In this document: positions 40,866-52,836 of the stretch, piece after piece
How positions within the stretch are numbered: position 1 is the stretch's first letter
Layout: every line of letters starts with the position of its first letter
Assembly (NCBI GenBank): GCA_951406725.2
Contig: OX597818.1
Span: forward strand, 43,958,001-44,022,000
Direction of reading: 5' to 3'
Length of the DNA: 64,000 nucleotides
DNA from: Octopus vulgaris
Taxonomy: Eukaryota
Position numbers and translations under genes: made by a program
Notes under the pieces: generated by a model
What the model saw: the letters and a program-made list of their open reading frames with translations, nothing else
Databases searched by the model: none
What the model was told of the DNA's origin: nothing

Positions 40866-42838
40866 ATAATGATAATAGTTTCAAATTTTGGAACAAGGCT
40901 AGCAATTATAAAGGAAAGGGTTAGTCAATTACATCAGTCTCAGTACTTAACAGGTACTAACAACAATCATTACCCTCAGCAGCAGCATAGCAACACACAA
41001 ATAACTAAAATATGATATATTTATTTACGAAATAGTTATCAAAGCTGTAGTTCTTATTTAATGAGATAGCTAAATGCATAAAAAAAATTTGAGAAATATT
41101 TCAAGATGATAATGGTTCTAACTGATAAATACATTCCAAATTAAGGCGTCATAAGAGAAAAAAAAATAGCTGATTCAGAAAAATTTAAACTATGGAAGAG
41201 AGTCACAATAAAAATTTATTTCTGCAAAAATGAGTTGGGAGAAAAAATGTGATTCTAAAAAAATTCTTATAAAAAAAGGAGAATATGATAAAATTTTAGG
41301 ATTAGATTAGTAAATAAATGGGTGGTTATTTAGATGAAATGATACATATTTCATTCCAAGTTTGAGATGTTTTGATAAACTTTGTGAAAGTATCTTGCAT
41401 AAATAATATTAATTCCTTTTAATAAAATGGTCTAGAGAATATAAAATTTACAGTGTTTTACAAATGCGAGTGGTAAAGATATTTTAGAAGTTAAATTTAG
41501 CCTGTGCTAAGTTTCTTTGATGAATATATTCTATATACAAAAGCAACAGAAATAATGTACCTTTGAAAAAGTTTGAATATTATGTGGCAGCTACATTAGA
41601 AACATAATCATACAGCTAGCCATAGTATTGAATTTATTAAGAACTTCTTGATATACGTCTGCATGACCAGAGTACATTGGTCCTAAACTAACAATAATAA
41701 ATTGAGTATTCTTGCAAATATAAAGCCTGCCTGATTCTGGTGAAAATATTCTCCAATTTTGTTTGATTAAGAAACACGATAAAATGGCGAAAAAGTAATC
41801 AACTACATGGAATTATAAAAATGAAAAAAATATTTCATTTTATTCCTTTTATGTGATTCAGCCGTGTGGTTGTGGTCATGCTGGAGCACCATTTTAATAA
41901 CTTTCTAAAATTTAATCAAACCCATGTATAAGTTTGAGTAGGAGTTAAGTCTTAATATGTAGTTTTCATGGAATTCTACAAAGTATGAAAAGGAGATCAG
42001 TCAAGCATTCTATGTATAAATACATATGAAAAGTTTGAAAAAATTAAAATATTTTACAGTATACAAATGTTATTCTAAAGTAAAAAGCATATTTAGGTAT
42101 ACTCAACCTGCAGCAAGCAACTATAGGAGAGACTATAAAAACCCCTAACATCTTAAGGATCCAAATATTCTCACATACTTATTATTATATTTAAGTAAAA
42201 GCATCTGCGACAAGAAATTAAAAAAAAAAAATAATTTTAAGAAGCTCATCAATTTAAGGTTCATCAAAGTTCTTATGGCAACAGGTGATACAATATAACA
42301 TTTCTCTCAATTAACAGCTTTGCAAATGAACTAAGAAATTGTTACAAAAAACACCCCAAAAAACTATCAGCAACAAGTCACTGTTAAATTTCTTTCCGGC
42401 TACCTGCTCTTCCCTCAGATTAAAGAGAGACAAAATTGCTATCATTTACTGAAACTGAATCAAATGATTTTACCGGATGCTATTTTATTGACTTGATTTT
42501 GGTGCACTATGACAGAAGCAATGGGAGAAAGAAGATTAATTCCCTTGTGATGTTGTACATTCCCTTTTGACAGGTTAGATATTGGATATGACAAGAGTGA
42601 TGTGGCGGTGGGGAGAGACAGAGAGAGAGAGAGAGAGAAGGAGAAAGTCATGCTGCTGAATTCAAGGCAGGGAAAGTTTTAGGTTGAATTAGAGAAAGCT
42701 AGGGTTAATTGAGATCAATAAAGATATGTTCCAAATATATCAGATAACAAGCAGCCTTCAACAAATGTAATTGCTCATTTGTTCATCAAATAATGTCAGT
42801 TACAAGTGGCTTGCTTCATGAGAACTATCAGGTATATT

Positions 42839-43224
42839 ACTCTTTACTCTTTTACTTGTTTCAGTCATTTGACTGCGGCCATGCTGGAGCACCGCCTTTA
42901 ATCGAGCAAATCGACCCCGGGACTTATCCTTTGTAAGCCCAGTACTTATTCTATCGGTCTCTTTTGCTGAACCGCTAAGTGACAGGGATGTAAACACACC
43001 AGCATCGGTTGTCAAGCAATGCTAGGGAGACAAACACAGACACACAAACATATATATATATACATATATACGACAGGCTTCTTTCAGTTTCCGTCTACAC
43101 TCACAAGGCATTGGTCGGCCTGGGGCTATAGCAGAAGGCACTTGCCCAAGATGCCACGCAGTGGGACTGAACCCGGAACCATGTGGTTGGTTAGCAAGCT
43201 ACTTACCACACAGCCACTCCTGCG
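42839..43224 (-). mobile_element. SINE family A, young copy
   Basis: Near-consensus inverse copy with CpGs retained. Confidence 0.92.
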
Positions 43225-44094
43225 CCATATTAATGTATGGAATTAATGTATTATGTCAATTATGAGTAGTTTGAAGTTTGGGCAGAAATATATTAGCAAT
43301 AATTACTGTTATGTTGTATTATTGCATGACACTAAGCTTTTTATAATTATGTAGTAACATTCCTTGTATCATCATTTCAATGTTACTAGAAGAATATAAT
43401 TAGAAACATGTTAAGCACATTTCATGGAAATTTTCATTAAAAAACAGTCAAAATATTTTGTACTTTCATTTAAAATTTCTATAAAAAATGTTCTAATGTA
43501 AATTATATTAAAAATTTCCTACAGTATCATATTACATTTGCAAATTAAAAACTTGCTTTTAGCTCCTCAATGTTTACAATGTACATGTGAAAAGAAAAAT
43601 GGCTTACACAGTATGGACCTCTCCCTTCTTTATATCCCATTTTCTACTTACTTTCTTTTTACAAACCCTGTCTCTATATTTTCTATCTTTTCCCTGTGTC
43701 ACACTTTTCTTTTCTCTTGTCTTGTCTTTCTATAGTTTCCCCTTAGACATCTCTTGAGGTTATGTCACATATCATTGGGTGATATGTAGAAAAGAAAAAT
43801 ATACAGAAAAAAAAAAAAAACAAACAAATGAATTCTCTTCCTATTCAATTAGAATAGCCATTTTGGTTTTTGAACATTAATCATTAAAAAGGGAATCAGA
43901 AATTTAATTAAAAAAACATGCAACTACAATAAAAGCTACAATAAAGCCAGCCAATGATAATGTTCAAATGGTTTGCAAACACAATCTGCAGAACAGTTTT
44001 CATAATATTCAACATTTCTCCAAATTTTGTATGAATTTGTAAGAAATAGCATATTTTATCTTCTAAACTCTCTAAAACTGTTTCTACTTTCCAG

Positions 44095-44234
44095 CAACTT
44101 CACTAAATTATCAAAATGCATTATACTCCATCTTGAAATATGTGTTCAAAAAGGAGAAAAAAATGATAGCCAGACATTCATAGATGATGTTGTCAAACAC
44201 TATACAACAGACCCATATAACTGTCCAAAAGTTG
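44095..44234 (+). CDS. neuritin-like protein, coding exon 3
   Basis: Acceptor TGTTTCTACTTTCCAG, donor TTG|GTGAGT; 140 nt, phase 2->1; NFTKLSKCIILHLEICVQKGEKNDSQTFIDDVVKHYTTDPYNCPKV. Confidence 0.87.
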
Positions 44235-44693
44235 GTGAGTATTTAAATGAGATTTTTCTTCAAATAAATCATTCTTGTATAAGCATTTATCATATAAATA
44301 TAATTAACACATTTGCATTCAGATAATTCAGTCAAATTGTTTTGAATTAATCATGCATTATCTCATAGCATTGACATTTTGAAGATGTGATTGTTTATTT
44401 TTAGAATTAAATTGTAAAATAGGTGTGAGAGGCCAGATCCGGTCAGTTTCACCATAAAACAGTTAGAATATTTGGGCTGGATATGCTAAAGTACTTTATA
44501 TTTGTACATAATTTTGGCTCTTTTTAATTCATTCCTTTGAGGCTTAAAAAAATCCTTAACAGTAAAAAGAAAATGTAAAAATTTCCTTCCATGTAATATT
44601 TAAAAAAAACAACAGAGTTTACAAATATACTTGCTTTTACTGATTTCAAATTTGTTTGCCAAAACATTGATTTTTTTCAATTTTAATTTTCAG

Positions 44694-44803
44694 ATTTTGG
44701 AGGTGCCAAAAAGAATGATGGTAACAGTGCTTTAAAGGCCCCTTGGACAATACCCATAGTATCTGCAATATACCTGACCAAATATTTATACAACTATATC
44801 TGA
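44694..44803 (+). CDS. neuritin-like protein, coding exon 4 (GPI-signal-like tail and stop)
   Basis: Acceptor TTTTAATTTTCAG; (D)FGGAKKNDGNSALKAPWTIPIVSAIYLTKYLYNYI*; AATAAA motifs downstream near 45208-45310. Confidence 0.83.
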
Positions 44804-46089
44804 CATGGGATTTAAGTGCTACTGGACAATGATAATCCTGCTTTACAATTGAATGTTACATATGTATATATATATATAACTGAGTATGTGTGTGTGTGTG
44901 CATGTATGCATGTGTGTGCATGTTTGTGTAACCAATGAAAAACGTTTCCAAGAGAAACAGTAATCATTTTTTTTCTTTAAACAAAAGGTTACAGCTAGTA
45001 ACATCTGAATATCAATTGATAATGCATTCTATGTTCTATGATCAAATCAGAAGAAACCTAACTGAGCTCTATATATGGATGTACAGCGGAGTAAATTTGT
45101 CATCCATGATTCAACCAATCATATCCCAAGAAAGGGTTTATAACCTATCTGTGATAACATAAAACTGTCTTGTTTCATGTGAAGAGTGCAAAAAAAAAAC
45201 AAAGCAAAATAAACAAAAAAAAATATCAAAGAACACTTGCTCACTGAACCTGTTCATTATAGACAATACCTCTTGCGGAAATAAACAGAAATAATAGAGT
45301 TAAAAATAAAAAAAGTTTTAAAGAATTTTTCTTTGTCTTTTTACAAAACTTGACTAATTTGCAATACAGAATTTTTTTACTAATGTTGAAATAATTTCTC
45401 AGAGGAGTTTTCTTTTTTGAGAAAAAGTCCAAGCATTGTTGAAAAAAAAAAAAAAAAACAAAAAGCACTTGTCTGATGTTCTACCGATTCTATCAATTTA
45501 ATACAAATCTACAACTTTAACATTAAAAACTGTTATTTCAGCCATTTCAATGAAGAGTATGAGATTCATGGTAAATGTGACAAATTCCACGATATCATTC
45601 ACTTCAAAATAACATTTCATATGAAAAATGTTAAATTTCTTCTCACCAAAATTTAATAACTATCTTCTTAACCTTCTATAAATTAACATGTTCCCTTTAC
45701 AGCATTCACACTAGTATATATGTCTGCATATCAATAAGACTGCCAGATGTAAGGATCATTAAAGCTTCATGAAAATAGATATACCTTAAGATTATTATTA
45801 TTTTTTTTAATCTTTACTCAATAGTAATGATTCAATGCTAGTAATTGAAGAAGAAAGTATCAGAGATAAGACCTATCTATTTTTAATTATTAGTTGAAGA
45901 GAGCTGACCAGAGCGTTGTGAGTAGATTTGGTAGAGGGAAGCTGTTAGAAGCCTACTGTATATGTGTATCTATATATATCAGATTGGAGCCTGGTGCAGC
46001 CATCTGGCTCACCAGTCCCCAGTCAAACTGTCCAACCGATGCCAGCATGGAAAGCAGATGTTAAATGATGGTGATTATATATATATAGT

Positions 46090-46625
46090 TATGGTTGTGT
46101 GGTTAAGAAGTTCACTTCCAAACCACATAGTTTGGGGTTCAATTCTTCTGCACAGAAATTTGGGCAGGTGTCTTCTACTATGATATTAAGCTGAACAAAG
46201 CCTTGTGAGTGAATTTGGTAGAAGTTCTGTTGTGTGTACATATATGGGTGAAAGTGCTTGTGCCTCCTTTGATAAATAGGAGGGCAATACACACACATGA
46301 GTGTGTATGTATGTATGTTGTCGTACAGGTGGTGTCATTCACCTCCAACATTCTGTGTAAAGAATACCTTTCCTTCAATGGACACTAAACTCTGCTTGTG
46401 AAGACCTGTTGAGGCAAGTGAAATCGAAATCAAATCAAAATCGCAAATTCGATGACTGGCACCTGTGCCAAGGAGCGCTAAGAGCACCATCCAAGCGTGA
46501 TCACTGCCAGAGCAGCTAACTGGTTTCCATGCCGGTGGCATGTAAAAAGCACCATTCAAACGGGACTGCTACCAGCGTCGCCTTACTGGCACTTGTGTCA
46601 GTGGCATGTGAAAAACATTTGAGTG
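46090..46625 (+). mobile_element. long SINE: family A-like head running into family B modules
   Basis: ATGGTTGTGTGGTTAAGAAG head...GAAGACCTGTTGAGGCAAGTG...GGTGGCATGTAAAAAGCACC. Confidence 0.65.
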
Positions 46626-46879
46626 AAAAACAATCCGTGTAAGTATGCAAAAACATGTTAAAACAATGATAATTTAAATACTGATGTAGCATACAAAAAT
46701 AGCCTTTCCATTGTGAAGCCCCTGCAGTAGTAAAGTCCTCTCCAACACATTAATAATTCAATTGAAAAAGCACTTTGTTGTCTATCACATAATACGGATG
46801 CTAATTCTATCTTCAAATCATCTGATTTGAAATAATAATTATTTGGTATTGAAGATTTATGAATTTTAGAAATGTAATA

Positions 46880-47218
46880 AGCCGTTGTCAGCCTCGCCTG
46901 GCCCCCGTGCCGTTGGCACATAAAAAGCACCATCCGATCGTGGCCGTTGCCAGCCACGCCTGGCCCCCGTGCCGGTGGCACGTAAAAAGCACCATCTGTC
47001 CGTGGCCGTTTGCCAGCTCCGTCTGGCACTTGTGTGGGTGGCACGTAAAAAGCACCCACTACACTCACGGAGTGGTTGGCATTAGGAAGGGCATCCGGCC
47101 ATAGAAACACTGCCAGATCAGACTGGGCCTGATGCAGCCTTCTGGCTTCACAGACCCCAGTTGAACCGTCCAACCCATGCTAGCATGGAAAGCGGACGCT
47201 AAATGATGATGATGATAA
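46880..47218 (+). mobile_element. SINE family B 3' part
   Basis: Three modules, tail and (GAT)n. Confidence 0.88.
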
Positions 47219-47756
47219 TAAGTAGATCTGTACATTATGACAGTCAATAAATGAGAACTTCCTACAATAGCTTAATGATAATCAATTAATTGATAAGATC
47301 ACTTAAAAAAACGAAACAAAAACAAAAACAAGTTTGGCAATATTTCATATTGTAAGTAGCCCTATAATGAGATTATTCTTAATAACAAGCATGAAACTAT
47401 GGTGTATATTAATTTTTTGTCTTAAGTTATGCATTGAGTGAACCCCAGCAAAATAATGTTGGTTATCAAATTTAATCTAGCAACATACATTTGTCAGTAG
47501 CTGAACTTCCTTAACTAGTCAAACTGGAACATTCCACAGTGAATTTGTTTGATGGTAAAAGTAATCTTTGTATTTGCTGTCAGGCAGTGTGTCTGGGGGT
47601 GTGGGGGGTGCACCCATTAAAAAAATAAAGTCTGCTTTCAGAAGTTATAAACAAAACTTGTCCATGTTATTTATTTGGACATAACTAACAATTAAGTTCA
47701 TGCTTTAGATCTTGTGATTCTAATTTTGGTGAAAGAAATTTGTTAACCATTTATAA

Positions 47757-48070
47757 TCATCATCATCATCGTTTAACGTCCGCTTTCCATGCTAGCATGG
47801 GTTGGACGGTTTGATTGGGGTCTGGGAAGCCAGGAGGCTGCACCAGACTCCAGTCTGATCTGGCAGTGTTTCTACAGCTGGATGCCCTTCCTAACACCAA
47901 CCACTCCATGAGTGTAGTGGGTGCTTTTTACGTGCCAGGCGAGGCTGGCAATGGCCACGATTGGTTGGTGCTTTTTACGTGCCACCGGCATGGAGGCCAG
48001 TCGAGGTGGCACTGGCAACGGCTATGTTTGGATGGTTCTTTTACGTCCCACTGGCACTGGTATCACAGTT
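47757..48070 (-). mobile_element. SINE family B 3' part, inverted
   Basis: (CAT)n CGTTTAACGTCCGCTTTCCATGCTAGCATGGG... Confidence 0.88.
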
Positions 48071-49226
48071 GATTTTTGATCGATCGATAAGACAATATAA
48101 ATAACCAATTTTTTCCATATGCAGGAAACATGGGGTTACGAAGATCATGTAATTCCAAGCAGTATCAAGATATCATGATGGTTTGTAATTTACTAATTTA
48201 ACCTATAAAAGTAAACAAAATTGCAATTGTTCTTGTTTCAACTCAGGTCAGCAGATAGAACTATGATTGAAGACACTACAGCCATTATAATCCCATCTTT
48301 TTTAGAGATATTGCAAATATCACAAGTACTATACAATTAGGATAGCATTATTCAATGTAATCTTCATTTCGTTTTCAAGTTGGTAGAGTGAGATTTGAAT
48401 AATATTTGGTTACTAATTCATGTATAATTGTAGGTAATGTCTGCTAATTAGTTAAGCACAGTTTAATTATAAAATCAGTTGTATGATTGATTTTACATAT
48501 TGTACTTAATTTTATTGTCCCATACCCACTTCAATAAAATACTCAACATGATATAATTGACAAGCTGTTTGATATTTCCATTACTTATATCTTGTGGATT
48601 TTGACTTAAAAGTTAAATTTCAGTTGAAAAATAATCAAGTCAAAGAAAAAGGATTTAAAATCTAAACCATATTGGATATGATGATTTCATGGGATAACAC
48701 CAAAACAACTTTCCTGCCATATGTCTGCTGAACAAAATTGATAACTGTTACCTAGCAATAATGAAAAACAAACATACTCATTATCATAAAATAAACACAC
48801 ACACAAATCTATTTTTTGATCAAGATAATGATACTAATGTCATGAAATCTACAACTATCTAGTTCTTAATTTGGTACCTTCAGTAAATAAAATAATTTCA
48901 TTAGGCTTTGCTCAAATGATACCAACCCATTCTGTCTGTTTCTGAAATAAAACTTAACAACATTAAGCTCTACTCCTAAACTGTTGTTCTAAGAACTAGT
49001 AGTTCCCTTCAGGCATTTATTAGGGTGATCTATTTTAAGCCTGATGCAACAACACAGTCTACATAAAACTGGAAGAATAAATTAGAAAAGCAGACAGTGT
49101 TAAATAAATTCAAGGGAAACAACCTACAAGTTACAGAAAAGAAAAGAGACGTAGAAGGAGAGTGTATGTGTGAGCACATGCATCAAGTATCTGAGTATCT
49201 CTCCCCACCCCACGATACTGAATTTA

Positions 49227-49269
<43 letters not shown>

Positions 49270-49654
49270 TACACATATGAAAGAATTATAAGTAGGGTCA
49301 AAATGTTATCCAAATATTGCACTCACTGGATTGATGAAATTCTTAGATAAAACATAAATGATTATACCTGTAATTAGTTTGAAAATCATTTCCTTCATTA
49401 ACTCCATATGTAAATGTTATGTGGTAAACAGTTACTAAAACGTGTTTTTTTCTCATTATTTTCTCTTAATATAATATTTTCAATACTGCATAACTATTTA
49501 CCTCAAGTGTACAAGGTTTTCATGTGGATACACACTGTCACATTACTTCACTATAACTGCACACTTACAGAAGTCATGACAGGTGTTTGATAAATTTGTC
49601 ATATATATATTTATAGGCACAGGCATGGCTGTATGTATGTATATATACATATGT

Positions 49655-49995
49655 ACAGGTATGGCTGTATGCTAAGAAGCTTGCTTCCCAACGACATGGT
49701 TCCAGGATGAGTCTCACTGTGTGGAACTTTGAGCAAGTGTCTTCTACTGCACCCTCTAGTCAACCAAAGTCTTGTGAGCAGATTTGTTAGATGAAAACAG
49801 AAAAAAGCCCATTGTGTATATATGTGTGTGTGTGTGTCTTTACGTCCTTGTAACTTAGCAGTTCAGCAAAAGTAACCGATTGAATAAGTACCAGGCTTTA
49901 CAAAATATAATAAGTACTAGGGTCGATTTGTTCAACCAAAATTCATGATGGTGCCCCAGCATAGTCATAGTCTAATGACTGAAAGAAGAAAAAGA
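49655..49995 (+). mobile_element. SINE family A, diverged
   Basis: Head and GTGCCCCAGCATAGTCATAGTCTAATGACTGAAA tail. Confidence 0.78.
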
Positions 49996-50000
49996 TATAT

Positions 50001-52655
50001 TATCAGGAGGACTCCAGCCTTATCCAAACTGAATTTCCATAAGGCAAAATGGGAATCAATCTGCCAAGAGATCCACAAACATAACTGATCCAATATTCTG
50101 TGTATGCAAGACATTGACTTGAAACTCAGCCAGTTTATGTCAACAGTGCAAGCTATATGCACTAAATACATCCCAGAAAGAAAGGCCAGCATACTGACAA
50201 ACAAGATTCTCAGGGATAGAAAAATCCTCATGAAACACAGGTCAAAGGTCTCAAAGAAGCTGAATAGGCAACTGAAGGATAGAGAGAAGTCTATCTAAAT
50301 GTGGGCATTCCTAGAAATCGAAAACAAGATCAAACTCTCTCATGAAAGGGAGAGAGAGAAGAGAGCTGTGGATAACTTAAAAAACAAATCCCAAAGCTTT
50401 CTATAAATTTGCAAAGGAAACAGCTGCAATACAATATAAAATAGGACCATTGTTTCAAAGAAATGACTCACTGGATAAGTGAGATATTCAGTCATCATCA
50501 TCATCATCGTTTAACGTCCGTTCTCCATGCTAGCATGGGTTGGACGGTTCAACCGGGGATCTGGGAAGCCAGAAGGCTGCACCAGGCTCCAGTCGTATCT
50601 GGCAATGTTTCTACAGCTGGATGCCCTTCCTAACGCCAACCACTCCGTGAGTGTAGTGGGTGCTTTTTACGTGCCACCTGCACAGGTGCCAGGCGAGGCT
50701 GGCAACGGCCACGGTCGGATTGGTGCATTTTACGTGCCACCGGCACGTAAGCCAGTCGAAGCGGCACTGGCATTGGCCACGGTTCGGATGGTGCTTTTTA
50801 CGTGCCACTGGCCCGGAAGCCAGTTGAGGCCAGTCAGTGAATAATTTAAAAGTGTCTTCACATATAAGCATTACAGATAAAAAATCTGGCTGAATTCTTT
50901 GATATTGTAGCTCTAAAAAGGAGGTGCCAGCCATTGATTTCATCAACATTGAGAAAACAGAGGTAACAGTGGCTATAGATGAAATGAGCTCATGCTCCGC
51001 AACTGGTCCTGATGGCTTCCCAGCTATTCACTTAAAGTCAGGTAAGCAGGCTTTTGTGAAACCACTTTAGATACTTTTCCAAAGTTTCCTTGCAAGTGGT
51101 ATACTTCCTAAAAAGCTGAAAGAAGGCATTACATGTCCTATCCACAAAGGTGGAAGCAGAGCAGAGGCCAAAAATTACAGGCCAATCTCTCTGACTTTAA
51201 ATATCAGTACAGTCATGGAGTGTATCATCAGAAAGAAGTTGATAATGTTCCTAGAAGAAAATGAGCTTCTGAACAATACACAGAATGGCTTCTGTCTAGA
51301 AAGAAGCTGCCTCACACAGCTCCTACAGTACTATGACTGGGTTTTGAAACTGCTGCTTGACCATTCAGATGTCAGCGTGATATACCTTGATCTCTCAAAG
51401 GCATTTGATAAAGTAGATCATGGCATGATATATCATAAGCTATGAGACCTTGGCATTGCTGGTAAACTGGGAGAGTGGCTGCATGACTTCCTTAAAGACA
51501 GAAGTCTGGTGGTTGCAGTCAATGGTGCCCTTTCTGAGGAAACTCATATCCTAAGTGGCGTCCTCCAGGGAACTGTTCTGGGGCCATTACTGTTCATAAT
51601 AGCCCTCTTAGACATGCCCAGAGTCAGTCGGACAACCACTGTCATTAGCTATGCTGATGATACAAAATTATCACAGGCAATAAAAAAAAAATCAAGATGA
51701 TATTGCAAGCTTACAACAGGACCTGAATTTCATATACAAGTGGGCCAAAATAAACAACATGCAGTTTAATGCTGGAAAATGTCAAGCACTGCACTATCAA
51801 CTCAGGAATGCACTAGAGTCTACATATACAGGACCTGAAGGCTCTACAATGCCAGAGTCACAGGCAGTGAAAGACTTGGGGATCAGCATGTGCAATGATG
51901 CATCATTTTATATGCACATTAGCAAGATGGCAGCAAAGTGCAGACAACTGGCAAGATAGATACTGAGGTCCTTCAAGACAAGAGACCAAGAAACTATGTT
52001 GACCCTGTGGAGAACCTTTGTTCTCAGCTGCCTGGACTACTGCTCCCACTTATGGACACCACATAGTGCCAAACTAACAGTGGAGCTTGAAGTAGTCCAA
52101 CACTACTACACTAAAAAGATTGCAACAGTGCAGCGGATGAGCTACAGGGATAGGCTGAGAAAACTGCAACTTTACTCCCTGAAGCGAAGGCATGAGAGAT
52201 ATGCAATAATATACATATGGAAAATCTTAGAAGGGCTAGTACCTAATTCCAGCACTGAGTTTCATACAAATGCCAGAACTGGCCGACATTGTATTGTGCC
52301 AAAGGTACCATACACTCCATTTAAATTCAGGACCAGGTACTGCAATAGTTTAGGATTCAAAGGACCCACAGCTCTTCAATGTCCTGCCACAAAATTAAGA
52401 AATCTGCATAAGGTGGAGGTAGATGTCTTCAAAAAGGAACTAGACATCCTCCTCTCCACAATTCTCGATGAATCAACAGCCCGAAATATGGGGTAGAAGA
52501 GGGTAGCGGAGTCAAACTCCCTCATACACCAAATAGGCCAACAGCTGGGACAAAGGTACATACAAGAGTGGTGATGTGAAACACCCCAGACTGAGGAAAT
52601 CAAAATGACCACGGTGGTGCTCCAGCATGAATGAAGCTGTATGGCTGAAATGAAT

Positions 52656-52660
<5 letters not shown>
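50001..52660 (+). mobile_element. 5'-truncated, decayed CR1/L2-group LINE (reverse transcriptase)
   Basis: TGPDGFP, NYRPISL, QNGF, YLDLSKAFDKVDH, SGVLQGTVLGPLLF, SYADDTKL, KDLGI, LDYCSHLW; many stops and frameshifts; ends ...GCTGAAATGAATAAAA(TA)n; interrupted by a SINE. Confidence 0.93.
50492..50832 (-). mobile_element. SINE family B inserted into the LINE
   Basis: Splits the LINE sequence GAGATATTCAGT|...|CAGTGAATAATTTAAAAGTGTC. Confidence 0.88.
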
Positions 52661-52703
<43 letters not shown>

Positions 52704-52836
52704 TGATTGAAGCTTGCTTTCACCTTTGTATTTAAGCGAAAACTTGTGGTTTGGACATTTTGACTGATATGTCAGCATGCTGGTACTGTCTGTTAGTACC
52801 ATTAATTATTAATATATATATAATTATATGTGTATA

